The position numbers and the translations under genes were made by a program. Below the pieces are notes generated by a model. The model was not told the origin of the DNA. It saw nothing but the letters and a program-made list of their open reading frames with translations, and ran no database searches. This document shows positions 38,079 to 48,931 of a stretch of DNA of 64,000 nucleotides, piece after piece (the first letter of the stretch is position 1; every line of letters begins with the position of its first letter). The DNA comes from a virus. The stretch spans positions 1 to 64,000 of IMG/VR virus record IMGVR_UViG_3300020446_000006. One strand, 5' to 3'.

Positions 38079-39019
38079 TATGTTCTCTCCACTTTTAGCG
38101 AGTATGTTGTGTCTGTGTTAATCGTGCCGCTAGGCTGAAGCTGTGAAATGTATTCGTCTGGATCTGTATCGCTCGGATCTGTTACTCGATCTGCTTGAGT
38201 CGAGCTTTCAAAAAATGTATCAATCATAACAGATCCTTTTGTTGTTCCGGAACCATTAATATTAAACCGAAGCATATAACCAGGTTCAGCATAAATGTAA
38301 TGACGAATCAATCTTTGGAAGTATGTATCAAACTCTGTAGTTGTCATATGTCTTAATCCGACAGTTCCGTCAATAATCAAAGGTGTACGATAGGTTTGTG
38401 CAAATCCTTTAATTCTTTTTAAATAATAAGTGTTGATTGTATTTGTATTTGTGAACTGTTCGCCTGCTCCGGTAAGCAAAGGATAATTGCCAAACCCAAC
38501 AGATCTTGTATCTGTATAAACAATTCCTAAGTTGTCTTGATTTGATTCAGATAGCGTTGTACTAATACGATAAGAACCTGCTGCTAATGCCACAAAATTA
38601 TTTCCAGTTACCATACCACTTACTACAGGATCGATAAATGTATCGACAACATCTTGTTCAGTCATTTCATGAACGCCATTATTGCCATCAACTCGCACAG
38701 GCTTTAGTGTATAAGCCGGCTTTGTTTCTGTAGTATCAAAGCTTTGTTGTATTTTATCATAAAATACATCATCTATAACAACAGGGTCTGTAGCTGTACC
38801 AAAGGCTGTATCACTTAAATCCGCGGATGTGCCAGTAAAATATCTTCGATCTCTCATCTGTGGTGAGATACTTCCACCTGAAGACACAACAACAAGAGAT
38901 ACAGTTGGATTAGAGTAATATAGATAACCAATCTGTCTAAGTTGTTTTTGATATTCACTAGATGTACATTCTTTAATTCTAATATTGTTATCTGATACTA
39001 GAGGTCGATAAACTGTCAT
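38078..39019 (-). CDS. Hypothetical virion protein
   Basis: 313 aa, T/S-rich, with an internal repeat (RPLVSDNN..IKEC / KPVRVDGN..VHEM / TPLIIDGT..LRHM). Confidence 0.6.
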   Translation of the reverse strand: MTVYRPLVSDNNIRIKECTSSEYQKQLRQIGYLYYSNPTVSLVVVSSGGSISPQMRDRRYFTGTSADLSDTAFGTATDPVVIDDVFYDKIQQSFDTTETKPAYTLKPVRVDGNNGVHEMTEQDVVDTFIDPVVSGMVTGNNFVALAAGSYRISTTLSESNQDNLGIVYTDTRSVGFGNYPLLTGAGEQFTNTNTINTYYLKRIKGFAQTYRTPLIIDGTVGLRHMTTTEFDTYFQRLIRHYIYAEPGYMLRFNINGSGTTKGSVMIDTFFESSTQADRVTDPSDTDPDEYISQLQPSGTINTDTTYSLKVERT

Positions 39020-39029
39020 AATAAAACCT

Positions 39030-39707
39030 TTATGCTACTGTTGGATCGTTACTCGTAGATAAAAAATATCCGTCTAATACTATAGTTCCGGTTTCATCTT
39101 TTACTGTAAATCGCTTTGCATTATCAAGTTCATATCGATCGCTATCCATAATTAATTTTGTAACTTCTAAATTTGTTATGGTTGCACTATCAATCACTGC
39201 GCTATCGATATCTGCAAACCCAGCTGTCAAACGATTTACTCTTGCCGAATCAATTGCCAAAGATGTAATTGTTGCATTTGAAATTGTGGCGCTATCAATA
39301 GTTAGAATTGCTCCTGGATCTACGCCGATACTATCGACATTAATTGTTGCAAATCTTGCACTATCTGCAGTCATCAGTCCGGTTACGTCTAGATTCCGAA
39401 TAGTCGCTGAGTCTATCGTAGCACTGTCTGCTGTGAGAGTACCAACTCGAAGTCTTTTAAAGGTTGCAGAATCTCCGTCAAATCCTGTAACTAGCAATGT
39501 GCCTGGAGGAGTACCGAATAGTTTATTGTTAATACTATCAAAACTTATAGCCAACTGATTCATAGCAGAAACTAAGTTTGAATCTGAATTTAGAAAAAAG
39601 GCAGCATCTAAATCATCAAGATCGCCCATAAAATCAGACATGAGATTTGTCTTGGCCATAAAGGTGCCAATTGCATCTACGAGATCTACGTGTATTTTTC
39701 TAGCCAT
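39030..39707 (-). CDS. Fibre/whisker-like protein with DSATI repeats
   Basis: N-terminus paralogous to the next gene; repeated (I/A)DSA(T/R)I units. Confidence 0.65.
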   Translation of the reverse strand: MARKIHVDLVDAIGTFMAKTNLMSDFMGDLDDLDAAFFLNSDSNLVSAMNQLAISFDSINNKLFGTPPGTLLVTGFDGDSATFKRLRVGTLTADSATIDSATIRNLDVTGLMTADSARFATINVDSIGVDPGAILTIDSATISNATITSLAIDSARVNRLTAGFADIDSAVIDSATITNLEVTKLIMDSDRYELDNAKRFTVKDETGTIVLDGYFLSTSNDPTVA

Positions 39708-39718
39708 TTTGTATTCCT

Positions 39719-40540
39719 TTAGATACTATCTATATCGAGTTGGATAGCCGCAAAATAATTTTCTGTACTTGTTGAATCAGTTAATAAGAAAGGCCTTGCG
39801 TGTTGAAATGTAATCGGTCCTTGAGAATCATTTAAAGTCAATCGTTTAACTCCTGTTGTACCGATTGTCGCCTTTGTAATATTAACACCTGAATCGCCAC
39901 CACTATCCGATATAAACTGACCAATAGTAATTTTACTTAATACTAATGCACTGTCAACTGTAACATCTTCACCTTTCATTGACAAATTTTTAAATCTTAT
40001 AGTACTAGTACTATCAAGAGCAGTAAGCCTTCCTATGACTCCGCTGTCTCCAACATACAAGCGAGTCATAGACATACTGTCTGGATAATTATCTAATTCT
40101 ATTACAGTTAAATTTCTAAATCTGGTACTGTCAGAGAAATAATCATGACTGATACCACCATCAGAATCACCGAACCATAAATTTGCTGCTTGCCCTTGAA
40201 AATCACCGGGACCTGGCATAGCGCTATCATAATTGTATAAAGACCTAACTGTAATTTTATCAAACTTGCCAGAGTCTGCACCGATTTTTGCTTTAAATCC
40301 AGTGATCTTTTCGGTACCATTAATTAAGCCATCAAGTATGTTTTTAAGATTATCAGCAAAGAGATTCATGCCGCTGACGAGATTTGAATCTCGATCAATT
40401 AGACCTGAATAAGGTGGATCTCCAGGATCAAATGTAGTATCAAGATCATCTAGATCTCCGATATAATCGGACATCTCGTTGACTTTTTGTCTCCATACGT
40501 CAATTGTATTTGCTAAATTGATTGTGACTTTACGTGCCAT
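39719..40540 (-). CDS. Fibre/whisker-like protein, DS-rich
   Basis: MARKVTINLANTIDVWRQKVNEM..IGDLDDLD...NLVSGMN fibre N-terminus. Confidence 0.65.
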   Translation of the reverse strand: MARKVTINLANTIDVWRQKVNEMSDYIGDLDDLDTTFDPGDPPYSGLIDRDSNLVSGMNLFADNLKNILDGLINGTEKITGFKAKIGADSGKFDKITVRSLYNYDSAMPGPGDFQGQAANLWFGDSDGGISHDYFSDSTRFRNLTVIELDNYPDSMSMTRLYVGDSGVIGRLTALDSTSTIRFKNLSMKGEDVTVDSALVLSKITIGQFISDSGGDSGVNITKATIGTTGVKRLTLNDSQGPITFQHARPFLLTDSTSTENYFAAIQLDIDSI

Positions 40541-40740
40541 TATAACTTCTCTAAGATCTGTTTCATCATATGTTTGAGCTCAGACACGTCAGTCTTTAAC
40601 TCTTGGAGTTCCGCCTGTTTTTCTTTCCATGCCTTCTTTCTGGCTCTTGCTGCTTCTATCTCTGTCGAGTTTGTATTCAATACAACACCGTCTTCATTTT
40701 TAATTAGGCCTTGATGGCCGTCAACATTTTTCCATTTCAT
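40540..40740 (-). CDS. Small conserved coiled-coil protein downstream of VrlC-like gene
   Basis: GVVLNTN...ELKTDVSELKHMMKQIL; typical position in marine T4-like phages. Confidence 0.65.
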   Translation of the reverse strand: MKWKNVDGHQGLIKNEDGVVLNTNSTEIEAARARKKAWKEKQAELQELKTDVSELKHMMKQILEKL

Positions 40741-42323
40741 TATACACTCAATGCGATCGCTCTTAAATCCTTAATAATCGGTACCTTTGCTGAATTTGTT
40801 GATGTCATTACAATTTTAAGCTGAAACTTTGTAAATGCAGGAAGCTGGCCACCCTGTCCGCCAATTAGATATTCATATTCTCTAAAGACGTTTTGATTTT
40901 CATCAGGAGGATTGTTTCCTTCTTCTGCTACATATGTCCATTGTTGTACATTAATTGCATCTGTTTCAGTCGCAACTCTCCAATACAATTTCAAACCTGC
41001 TGCTTTAGGTCTATGTGCTGTAATAAAGACTTTAAGTCCTACTGCTGAATTTGCGAGTGTTGTAACTTTAGTAATATGCTTTGCCGCAGAAGACCCGCGC
41101 TTTGCATCTTCTTCATCTACAAAACTCATTGGAACATTAAATCCACTTGTTGCAGCAGAGTCTTGATTGTCAATAATGTTATCTACTAGAGTAAGAGAAG
41201 ATCTTTGTAAATCAATCATAGGAGCAACAAACTCATTGTCTGTTGCCATTCCCATTCTCATTGTTGCAGTTTTTGCTCCTACAGCAATTTCATCTTCTGC
41301 AATGCTGTCACATGCAACTACATAGTTATGCTCTAAAGCATAGTTATTTTTGTTAAGATTGATTGATGTAAATCCTGCATCAACCTGATAAGGTGATTCG
41401 GTACCAGCAAATGACTTACCACTAGTGCCTTTATATGAAGCAAAGACATTTGTGCCGTTTGGTTTTAGTAAAGATATGTGTGGCCAAACAAGTGAGTACG
41501 GAATATTCTTTGTGCTTTCGACCAAAGATCCTCCACCAATAGCACTTGAATCTGCTGTTGAGTTTGCTTTAAATTCAAATCCACTCGCATCTATCTTTGT
41601 AATTGTATGATCACCGTTAACTGTTAAACCACCAACTGTCGCAGCACCGGTAATTGAGACTGTATCATTTACTTGCAAGCCGTGATTTATATTAGTGACT
41701 CTGACATCACTATCACCTGCAAACGTTTGAATCGGATTTGGATTTAGAAGTTTGCGTGGAACACTGGCATTATTTAAGAAAGCCGTAGCAGATCCTGGTG
41801 TAAACTTCGCTCTTATTAATTCAAATTTAAGATCTTGTTTTTGATCGGCAGAAAATGTAGCACCGTTTTGAGAGTAGAATAAAGAACCAAGATTAGGATT
41901 AATATTTACTCGAGCAGAGGCGGAACCTATAATTTGCTCATCGATCTCTGAAATATAAATCTCATATTCTGGTGTTTCTGCATATACAACAATAGCAAAA
42001 TCTGATAGACCCTTCAGATAAATAGGCTCATCGAATTCAAATGTTGTTGCAACAGTCGCATCAGCAGAAGTATTTACATCGCTATACTCGACATAGACTG
42101 TGGATCCAGGTACAATCTCCACATCAGAAGGCATGCCGTTTCTCATCGGTCTAAGGTGTAAAGAAACAGGAAGCTGTAAGTTGGCTGTTGGCGTAAATGT
42201 AGATGCAAAATAGAGATTTATTTTTGTTGCATATATACCTCGAGCCTCGTCAACATAGAAAGACTGAGCAATTGGATTTTTATTTCTCTTATAACCGAGA
42301 CTATTTAAGGACATTATAACCAC
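40740..42323 (-). CDS. VrlC-like structural protein, C-terminal half
   Basis: NPIAQSFYV, FEFDEPIYL, GSLFYSQNGATFSADQKQDLKFEL, FQLKIVM...VPIIKDLRAIAL; start may be ATG 42314. Confidence 0.8.
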   Translation of the reverse strand: MVIMSLNSLGYKRNKNPIAQSFYVDEARGIYATKINLYFASTFTPTANLQLPVSLHLRPMRNGMPSDVEIVPGSTVYVEYSDVNTSADATVATTFEFDEPIYLKGLSDFAIVVYAETPEYEIYISEIDEQIIGSASARVNINPNLGSLFYSQNGATFSADQKQDLKFELIRAKFTPGSATAFLNNASVPRKLLNPNPIQTFAGDSDVRVTNINHGLQVNDTVSITGAATVGGLTVNGDHTITKIDASGFEFKANSTADSSAIGGGSLVESTKNIPYSLVWPHISLLKPNGTNVFASYKGTSGKSFAGTESPYQVDAGFTSINLNKNNYALEHNYVVACDSIAEDEIAVGAKTATMRMGMATDNEFVAPMIDLQRSSLTLVDNIIDNQDSAATSGFNVPMSFVDEEDAKRGSSAAKHITKVTTLANSAVGLKVFITAHRPKAAGLKLYWRVATETDAINVQQWTYVAEEGNNPPDENQNVFREYEYLIGGQGGQLPAFTKFQLKIVMTSTNSAKVPIIKDLRAIALSV

Positions 42324-45300
42324 TCCTCTTTGAGTTTCATCACCATTGATTTGTATATATCATAAGCGTTCTGTGAATTTCCATTATCAATTTCAATAAT
42401 GGCTAAATCAATTTGCTCACCTATCCAATTCCAAGTTTCATGTTCCTCTGGTATTGCAGCAACAATTGCAGGAGCAATTTTATAATATTCATTAAGATCA
42501 TCTGAGTTGCGTCCACCCATAAATGTATCACGGAATTTTCTAAGTTTTGTTAGTGTTACGCCATCATCAGCCTCACCTCTACGTTCAACAATTGCAGTAG
42601 TAATGAAACAGAAACTACCACCACCGCCACCGGTGTCTGGATTATCTGGACGACTTGGAGGAGCATCTGGTGTCGAAGGTGGCCCGCCAAATTCACCGTA
42701 ATAACCAACACCATAATCATCTGACGGATTATTTGTCCAAGAACTACCGACACCATTTTGAATCGTAACACCTTGTCCGCTGTAGTTGTCATCACCTCCG
42801 TCATTATTATGAGTATAAGGTAGTGCAGTATTAATAGACGTCTTTGTACCTTCAACTTCGAGTATGCGAGTTGATAAAACATCTTGATGAACTGTATCTA
42901 AGAATCCTTGTGCAGTATAATTTGCTCGAGCAATTGTGCCAGAAACTTTTTCATCGTTAATGTTGACATCCATTAATTTAATTTCATGCACACCAGCTCT
43001 AAATCTGAAAGTATCGTTATTCGGAATTTGGAATGATATTTCAACTTTACCTGCCTGATCTGTTTCGAGTGCAGAAGATCCATCTCTATGAGCAGTTTGA
43101 TTCTTTAGACGGTTACCAAAATCTTCTGTAGTTTCAGAATATCTTTCGAATGGAGCCTCTCGAACAAAGTCTGCCATATTTTTGCCATCAAAGAATAAGA
43201 ACACAGTCGCGTTTGGTCTTAATCCATTTGCTTTAATGCTTACAACTCTAGATCTAATAAATGGTAAAAGTGCAACTTGAAGTACTCTTGATCCAATAAC
43301 CTCTTCAACGACTTCTTCTGAAATAACTTTATTAACCGTCTTAGACTCAAAATTTCTACTTGTTTTTGTAATAGTATTTGTCTTATCGCCGACTTCAAGA
43401 TCTTCAAGATCTTTTCCGCCCCAGTTCCATTCCCAACTATTCCAGTTAGCAGCAAGATTAGTAGAAAGTTTCGTTCCACCATCAATTACTGTTCTAGATG
43501 CTACGTTAGTGTCTCTCCATTCATCTGAAGCAGGAGATACCACTAGGTTTCCGTCATACACTGAAGTCGTATATGGATTAATCTCTACAGCCTTTGTCGC
43601 AAATGGCTGATTGATATAGGTTTCATCTGTGAAATTCATATAGACATTATCACCTTTACGAACCACGCCAGTAGAATTATCAGAGTCGAAGATCATACGA
43701 ATATTATCTTCACTAAAAGCAGGTCGCAATATTCCTGATGAAGGATCAATTGATGCTCTATATGAAGGATTCGAAAGATCAGCTAAAATATGAGTTGTAA
43801 AGTTATCTACAAAGAATCCTGATTTAGTACGATTTAGTCCAGCAGAATCAAGTACTTCAAAATTACTTGTTTGAAGTTCGAGCATACTTAAAGAAGCAAT
43901 CTCTTCGAGATCTTGGATTCTCCTATCTAAGAAGTTAATGTCGTCCATCGTATACCGACGATGATCGATCTTCTTTACAGATACATCATTCTCATCAAGA
44001 GTGTTTGGATTTAATCTAAAATTATAAAGCGGAAGAGTTCCACTTGGTGCATCTGGATATGCTGGATTAAATGCGTCTTGACCATTAATAATATCAAAGT
44101 TGCCTTCGCGATCTATTACAAGTTTATAAGATCTTGCAAGATAATATGTATTATCAGAAGTAATCAAATCACTAGGCTGAGGAAGATACGCAATATTCGC
44201 TTCTGTAAAATTACTTGATGCATTAATCACAGGTCTCATATCAATCGCGTCGCGTAGGTTAAGCTTTATCCCACTTGAGAATCTGTAATCCGGAATCTCA
44301 TCATAGTCAACAACACCAGTATAAGAGTTAACGGCAAAGAAGTTACCTGCACCATGTCCAAAGTGATCAAACTTTACATAAACGTTTCCTGAAGGAGCCG
44401 TTTGACCAGATTTTAGAACCATACGACCGAGACCGTAGAAGTTATCTCTTTGACCGTTATCGAGTTCAAACTTATATGACACATCGGTGCCATCAGAATC
44501 AACAAGAGTTGTTCTATGAACTCTGAAAATATCTGGAACACCGAGATTAATAAACTGTTCGCCTGTTACAGAGTTTGTTGATACAGTCGTTGTTACAGTT
44601 GCATTTGTTGTAAGTGTCTTGGCTCGTACAACAGGTGAAGATGTTGATGCGTACACATAAGCTTTAATTGGTGCGCTGGTTGGAAGTCCAGTAACTGTTG
44701 TCGTACTTGAACCGGTTGTAAGTCCACCTAAACCGCTATTGGCAAGCCGTCCGCCATTTGCATCGTCTGTAAAGAACAGCCAATCACTTGCATTATCAAG
44801 TGTGTAGTTAGTAGGCACTGAGATTGTAAAATTACCTGCACCATCTGAAGTACCTGATCTTAAAATCTGAACTTCAATCTGTTGAGGATCAACTGTTTGT
44901 GGACGATTGAAAGGTGTAGGATATATAAGCGTGTTATTTAGTGGATCACCAATAACTGTATTTGTACCTGACTGAATTGGATTGAAATAGTTATCAGAAT
45001 CTGTACCAATCGACTTCGCATCTCGGAAGTTCTGTCCTGCATTCATTGCAATATCAAAGATGTGATACCTTATGTTTGCTCCATTCTCATGTACGGCTCT
45101 AACTCGTACTTCACCAATTTTGTTTCCATCAAAGTTACGAGCATCCATAATATCTTGTGCAGCAAATGTCTTAATATCTGGACCACCAATGGCAGAGTCT
45201 GATAAGACATCAATAAAGTTTCCATAATTTACTGGAATAAATTCGCCTTCGACTTCAAGTGTTTCAGCAGGTTTTAAGATTCTAAGATCTGTTGGTGCAA

Positions 45301-46300
45301 AACGTGCTGCGCGATATCCATCAACAACTACAATACCATCACTTGCTTTTAGAAGTAGATGTGAATTTGCAGAGTCTGGATCAAATGACATTCTAAATGG
45401 TTTTACGATATAGTCACCAGAGTTTTCACGAATACGAGTCGCAACCATATCTCTTGGTATATTATACTGTAAATTTTGTTGAGCTGAAACGGCAGTAAAG
45501 ATAGCTCCCTCTTTAACCGTAGCGACATGAATAAAATTTTCTGATGCTGTTAATGCAGCTCTTGTAGTAAGTTCTAATTTGATATAATATCTGTGAGCAC
45601 CTGGAGCAGAAAGATTTGGTAGCGCACCTTGATTATCGTATAAAGACTGATCATCATCTTCTGTAAATACAGACTGAGTAATTTTAAAACCGACATCCGC
45701 ATCTGGTGCGTCATCATATTTTGAAACAATAGTTGTTTGTGATTCTGTAAATACAAAGAATCCTTGAGTGAAGTATATACTTTGACCGACAGTTGCACGA
45801 GTGCCTTTACCAATAGCTGGATTTGCCACAGTGTTTGTAATTTGTACAATACGTCCACTTCCTAGGCTTTCGCCTGCCTGGAATCTAGGTGAAGTATTTG
45901 TTATCGATGAGGAAGACGTATTTACATATCTTAAGAAGTAAGTAACAGGATCTGTAGCAGTCGCTGCAGCAATTTCAAGTACTTCCGCCTGTACACCAGA
46001 TGTAACGCCTGTTAAGACATCACCAACGTTTGCAACTGTTGATGTCGAAGTATTATCGAGCTTTACAAATTCATATCCTGTATCAATTGAAAGGCCACCT
46101 GGTTTTACAACGGCGCCTTCTTTAAAGATATTATTACCGAAGCGTTCAACCTGCTTGTTAATAATTGTCTGCATCTGTGTAAGTTCACGAGCCTGCAGAG
46201 TTCTACCTGGATTAAACAGGATTCTATAATATCCTGCACTGTCGGTAAAATCATCTTTATATCGAGTATCAAATAAGGTATCGGTATATGTAATTGCCAT
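42314..46300 (-). CDS. VrlC/DUF4815-like structural protein, N-terminal part, ending in a CFI-box-like domain
   Basis: YKDDF...YYRILFNPGRTLQARELTQMQT, APGAHR, LDNGQRDNFY, RYTMDDI, KSGFFVDNF; C-terminal CFITTA...LRKFRD...YYKIAP. Confidence 0.85.
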   Translation of the reverse strand: MAITYTDTLFDTRYKDDFTDSAGYYRILFNPGRTLQARELTQMQTIINKQVERFGNNIFKEGAVVKPGGLSIDTGYEFVKLDNTSTSTVANVGDVLTGVTSGVQAEVLEIAAATATDPVTYFLRYVNTSSSSITNTSPRFQAGESLGSGRIVQITNTVANPAIGKGTRATVGQSIYFTQGFFVFTESQTTIVSKYDDAPDADVGFKITQSVFTEDDDQSLYDNQGALPNLSAPGAHRYYIKLELTTRAALTASENFIHVATVKEGAIFTAVSAQQNLQYNIPRDMVATRIRENSGDYIVKPFRMSFDPDSANSHLLLKASDGIVVVDGYRAARFAPTDLRILKPAETLEVEGEFIPVNYGNFIDVLSDSAIGGPDIKTFAAQDIMDARNFDGNKIGEVRVRAVHENGANIRYHIFDIAMNAGQNFRDAKSIGTDSDNYFNPIQSGTNTVIGDPLNNTLIYPTPFNRPQTVDPQQIEVQILRSGTSDGAGNFTISVPTNYTLDNASDWLFFTDDANGGRLANSGLGGLTTGSSTTTVTGLPTSAPIKAYVYASTSSPVVRAKTLTTNATVTTTVSTNSVTGEQFINLGVPDIFRVHRTTLVDSDGTDVSYKFELDNGQRDNFYGLGRMVLKSGQTAPSGNVYVKFDHFGHGAGNFFAVNSYTGVVDYDEIPDYRFSSGIKLNLRDAIDMRPVINASSNFTEANIAYLPQPSDLITSDNTYYLARSYKLVIDREGNFDIINGQDAFNPAYPDAPSGTLPLYNFRLNPNTLDENDVSVKKIDHRRYTMDDINFLDRRIQDLEEIASLSMLELQTSNFEVLDSAGLNRTKSGFFVDNFTTHILADLSNPSYRASIDPSSGILRPAFSEDNIRMIFDSDNSTGVVRKGDNVYMNFTDETYINQPFATKAVEINPYTTSVYDGNLVVSPASDEWRDTNVASRTVIDGGTKLSTNLAANWNSWEWNWGGKDLEDLEVGDKTNTITKTSRNFESKTVNKVISEEVVEEVIGSRVLQVALLPFIRSRVVSIKANGLRPNATVFLFFDGKNMADFVREAPFERYSETTEDFGNRLKNQTAHRDGSSALETDQAGKVEISFQIPNNDTFRFRAGVHEIKLMDVNINDEKVSGTIARANYTAQGFLDTVHQDVLSTRILEVEGTKTSINTALPYTHNNDGGDDNYSGQGVTIQNGVGSSWTNNPSDDYGVGYYGEFGGPPSTPDAPPSRPDNPDTGGGGGSFCFITTAIVERRGEADDGVTLTKLRKFRDTFMGGRNSDDLNEYYKIAPAIVAAIPEEHETWNWIGEQIDLAIIEIDNGNSQNAYDIYKSMVMKLKEEWL

Positions 46301-46310
46301 TTTCTAGCCC

Positions 46311-47657
46311 TTAGAATTGAATAATAACTTTGATGTCTTCTGCTTGCGAAGTTGTACGTGAAACAGGCGCTCTGTTGTCTATGTATAGTAGATCTCCGGA
46401 CTGTTTATCGACTTGAGATTGTATTAAACTCGAATCGATAATGCCTTGACCGGCTCCATTGAGCTCTTCAATAACTTCACCATCTTGAAACGGAGTAAAT
46501 CCAGTTTCGTCTGTTTGGTGGTAATAAATTTCATTTGAATCAATAAAGTCGACATACGCTTGTGCGTTTGAAGTTTGACCTTCAAGTATCTTATCGACAG
46601 TAAAGTTTGTCACAATGCTTGAAAGAGTCATATGATTTAGAGCGTTACCTGTTGTATTTGTAAAGAGGTTTCCGTTTTTATCTCGTGGATTTTTCAATAG
46701 ACCAATTTGTCTAAAGTCCTGATTCACATAGAAATTACTGTCAGTTCCCTCAATCATAGTATGGAACATGACAGCAGAAGACTTAAGATCTACTCGTGGA
46801 TCAGCACCGACACCCGAATCTGAGAATGGTAAAATTGCTCGAGCTGTAGCTCCGGAGCCGCCACCTCCACTGATTGTTACAGTGGCTGTAGAGTAACCAC
46901 TACCATGTGCAAGTGTAGAACTATCTGGATCCATTTGTATACGAGTTACTTCTCCAGTTGCAGAATCAATTACTGCCGATGCCGATGCTCCTGTACCAAA
47001 TCCTCCGATTGTAACAGTTGGATTTGATGTATAATTCTGTCCGTTTGATGTTAATACGATCGAAAGAACTGCTCCACTAATTGCATGATCTTGCACTTCA
47101 GCTTGTTTTAACTCAATACCAGTTGAATTTGAGTCTGTGGCACCTTGTAATTTAACAGGAATAAAATTAGATGATTGAAATTTTTCTTGATCAGCCGCAG
47201 AAATTGTATACATAAATTTCCATACATATCCATCTGCTGTACGGAAAGAATGTATATTTGAACCAGTTGGTTCTACAGTTGATGGCTGTGCAACACCTTG
47301 TTTATTACGACCGACTTCAAGACAAACATAAACTTGATTATTATCAGTTTTTACGTAATAAGGAAGTGTTGGATATCCTTGTACACGATCGTCATACGGA
47401 GAATAAATACGACCATTTGACCAGTTATTACGTGGTGCTACAAGTGAAGACCCTTGCATTCTTTTAATTGATTGCAAACCATCTCTAAAATCTGATTGAG
47501 TTTCAGGATTATTAGTTGGAGTCGGAACAGTTTCGAAAGAATCCCACTGTTCTGATCGACCAATACCTACATAATAGTTTGCTGTTCCTAGCGAGAACTG
47601 GTCAAAGAAGTCTCGAGCAATCTGTCTTTTAAGTGTATCTGTAATTACTGCTGGCAT
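46311..47657 (-). CDS. gp8: Baseplate wedge subunit
   Basis: YYVGIGRSEQW, PRNNW, VYVCL, DGYVWKFMYTI, DFRQIGLLKNP, SGDLLYIDNR...EDIKVIIQF. Confidence 0.9.
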   Translation of the reverse strand: MPAVITDTLKRQIARDFFDQFSLGTANYYVGIGRSEQWDSFETVPTPTNNPETQSDFRDGLQSIKRMQGSSLVAPRNNWSNGRIYSPYDDRVQGYPTLPYYVKTDNNQVYVCLEVGRNKQGVAQPSTVEPTGSNIHSFRTADGYVWKFMYTISAADQEKFQSSNFIPVKLQGATDSNSTGIELKQAEVQDHAISGAVLSIVLTSNGQNYTSNPTVTIGGFGTGASASAVIDSATGEVTRIQMDPDSSTLAHGSGYSTATVTISGGGGSGATARAILPFSDSGVGADPRVDLKSSAVMFHTMIEGTDSNFYVNQDFRQIGLLKNPRDKNGNLFTNTTGNALNHMTLSSIVTNFTVDKILEGQTSNAQAYVDFIDSNEIYYHQTDETGFTPFQDGEVIEELNGAGQGIIDSSLIQSQVDKQSGDLLYIDNRAPVSRTTSQAEDIKVIIQF

Positions 47658-47670
47658 TTTCTATATCCTA

Positions 47671-48906
47671 TTAAGTACTAATTGCGGCGCCAAGCGCAAT
47701 ACGCTTGTAAGAACCTGCATCGCTATCAAAAACCGCAAGACATGGATTACCTGATGCGCCATTTGATACGAAAATTAATTTACCATGTTCACCTGTTGGA
47801 ACTGTATTAACTGTGTAATTTCGAAGATCAACTTCAACTGCACGCGCTTTTACATAATCAGAATCAACTGTAGCAGGTATATCATCGGCAGCAATCATAT
47901 CTCTCTTAATTGAGAACCATCCTTGATCATCGTATAAATTAAATCGATTTGAATCCTTATGATAAGATATTGATCCCTTACCTCTGAATTTAGACAAGTT
48001 AATGGTTGAGGTAAGACCAGCAGTATTGACTGTAGGTACTGCTAATGTTCCTGTATTATTAGTTGAATCAAATCCAAAATTAAATACGGTTTGATTTGTA
48101 ACCAGTTCACTTGTTACAATCTCATCAACAGTGGCAAGTTGAATTGTGTTACCACCAAACAGCAAGCCTCCGCCATTTGTAGAAGCATAGCTTCCTGTTC
48201 TGTCCGGACCGGTAAGAAATCCTGCACCAACAAAGAATCCGTTTGATGAATCTATAGAAACGTTATTTTCGCCTAAAGAAACCGGTTGTGAGAACGTAAA
48301 GTTTGTTCCATCAAATCCAAGTCTTTCGCCTGCAAGATGAATTGTAGTACCAGAAAGATACAGGTCTTTCCACTTAAAGTTTGAATCACCTAAGTCGTAT
48401 GTGCTATCGACAGATGGAACAATGTGGCCTGCATGTGCTGTGAGGTTTGGTGCATCAACTCTTAAATTGACATATGCAGAATCGACAATTAAAGCTACTT
48501 CGGCAGAATCAACAGAATTAGATTGAATAAGTGTAAGAGTACTGGCAGAATCAAATGCTGTACCAGTAAGCAGTGAAATATAAGTAGAATCAACAATACT
48601 TGTAATGTCAGCTGTAAGAGCGACAGTACCTGAACTATCAGGCAATACAATTAAATTATCACCAGTCGGATCGATTACACCAAGTGATGTTTCATGTGAG
48701 TCTGCTGTAACACCTTCGAATACAATGACCTTTGTTCCAAAGGCGATACCGTCTAGACCGCCTGCAGAACCAGATGCAACTTGTAATGCCGCAACATCTG
48801 TATACAGCTCGTCGAAGTTGTCATTAATTTTAATCGCACCAGTCCGGAGATCATCACCAGTTCCATCATTACCGGATGTGCCTATGTCGATAATTTGTCT
48901 TGCCAT
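47671..48906 (-). CDS. Baseplate wedge / fibre connector with gp9/gp10-type N-terminus
   Basis: IDIGTSGNDGTGDDLRTGAIKINDNFDELY is the gp9/gp10 N-terminal motif. Confidence 0.75.
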   Translation of the reverse strand: MARQIIDIGTSGNDGTGDDLRTGAIKINDNFDELYTDVAALQVASGSAGGLDGIAFGTKVIVFEGVTADSHETSLGVIDPTGDNLIVLPDSSGTVALTADITSIVDSTYISLLTGTAFDSASTLTLIQSNSVDSAEVALIVDSAYVNLRVDAPNLTAHAGHIVPSVDSTYDLGDSNFKWKDLYLSGTTIHLAGERLGFDGTNFTFSQPVSLGENNVSIDSSNGFFVGAGFLTGPDRTGSYASTNGGGLLFGGNTIQLATVDEIVTSELVTNQTVFNFGFDSTNNTGTLAVPTVNTAGLTSTINLSKFRGKGSISYHKDSNRFNLYDDQGWFSIKRDMIAADDIPATVDSDYVKARAVEVDLRNYTVNTVPTGEHGKLIFVSNGASGNPCLAVFDSDAGSYKRIALGAAIST

Positions 48907-48931
48907 ATCTTATCCTATAAAACTATAACTC

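Noticed and set aside
39030-39707. DS enrichment as a DNA-level GANTC (CcrM/HinfI) motif enrichment, since GAY-TCN spells GANTC
   Set aside because: Many DS pairs use AGY serine codons (GATAGT, GATAGC, GACAGT), and ES, which would also give GANTC, is not enriched. The signal is at protein level.
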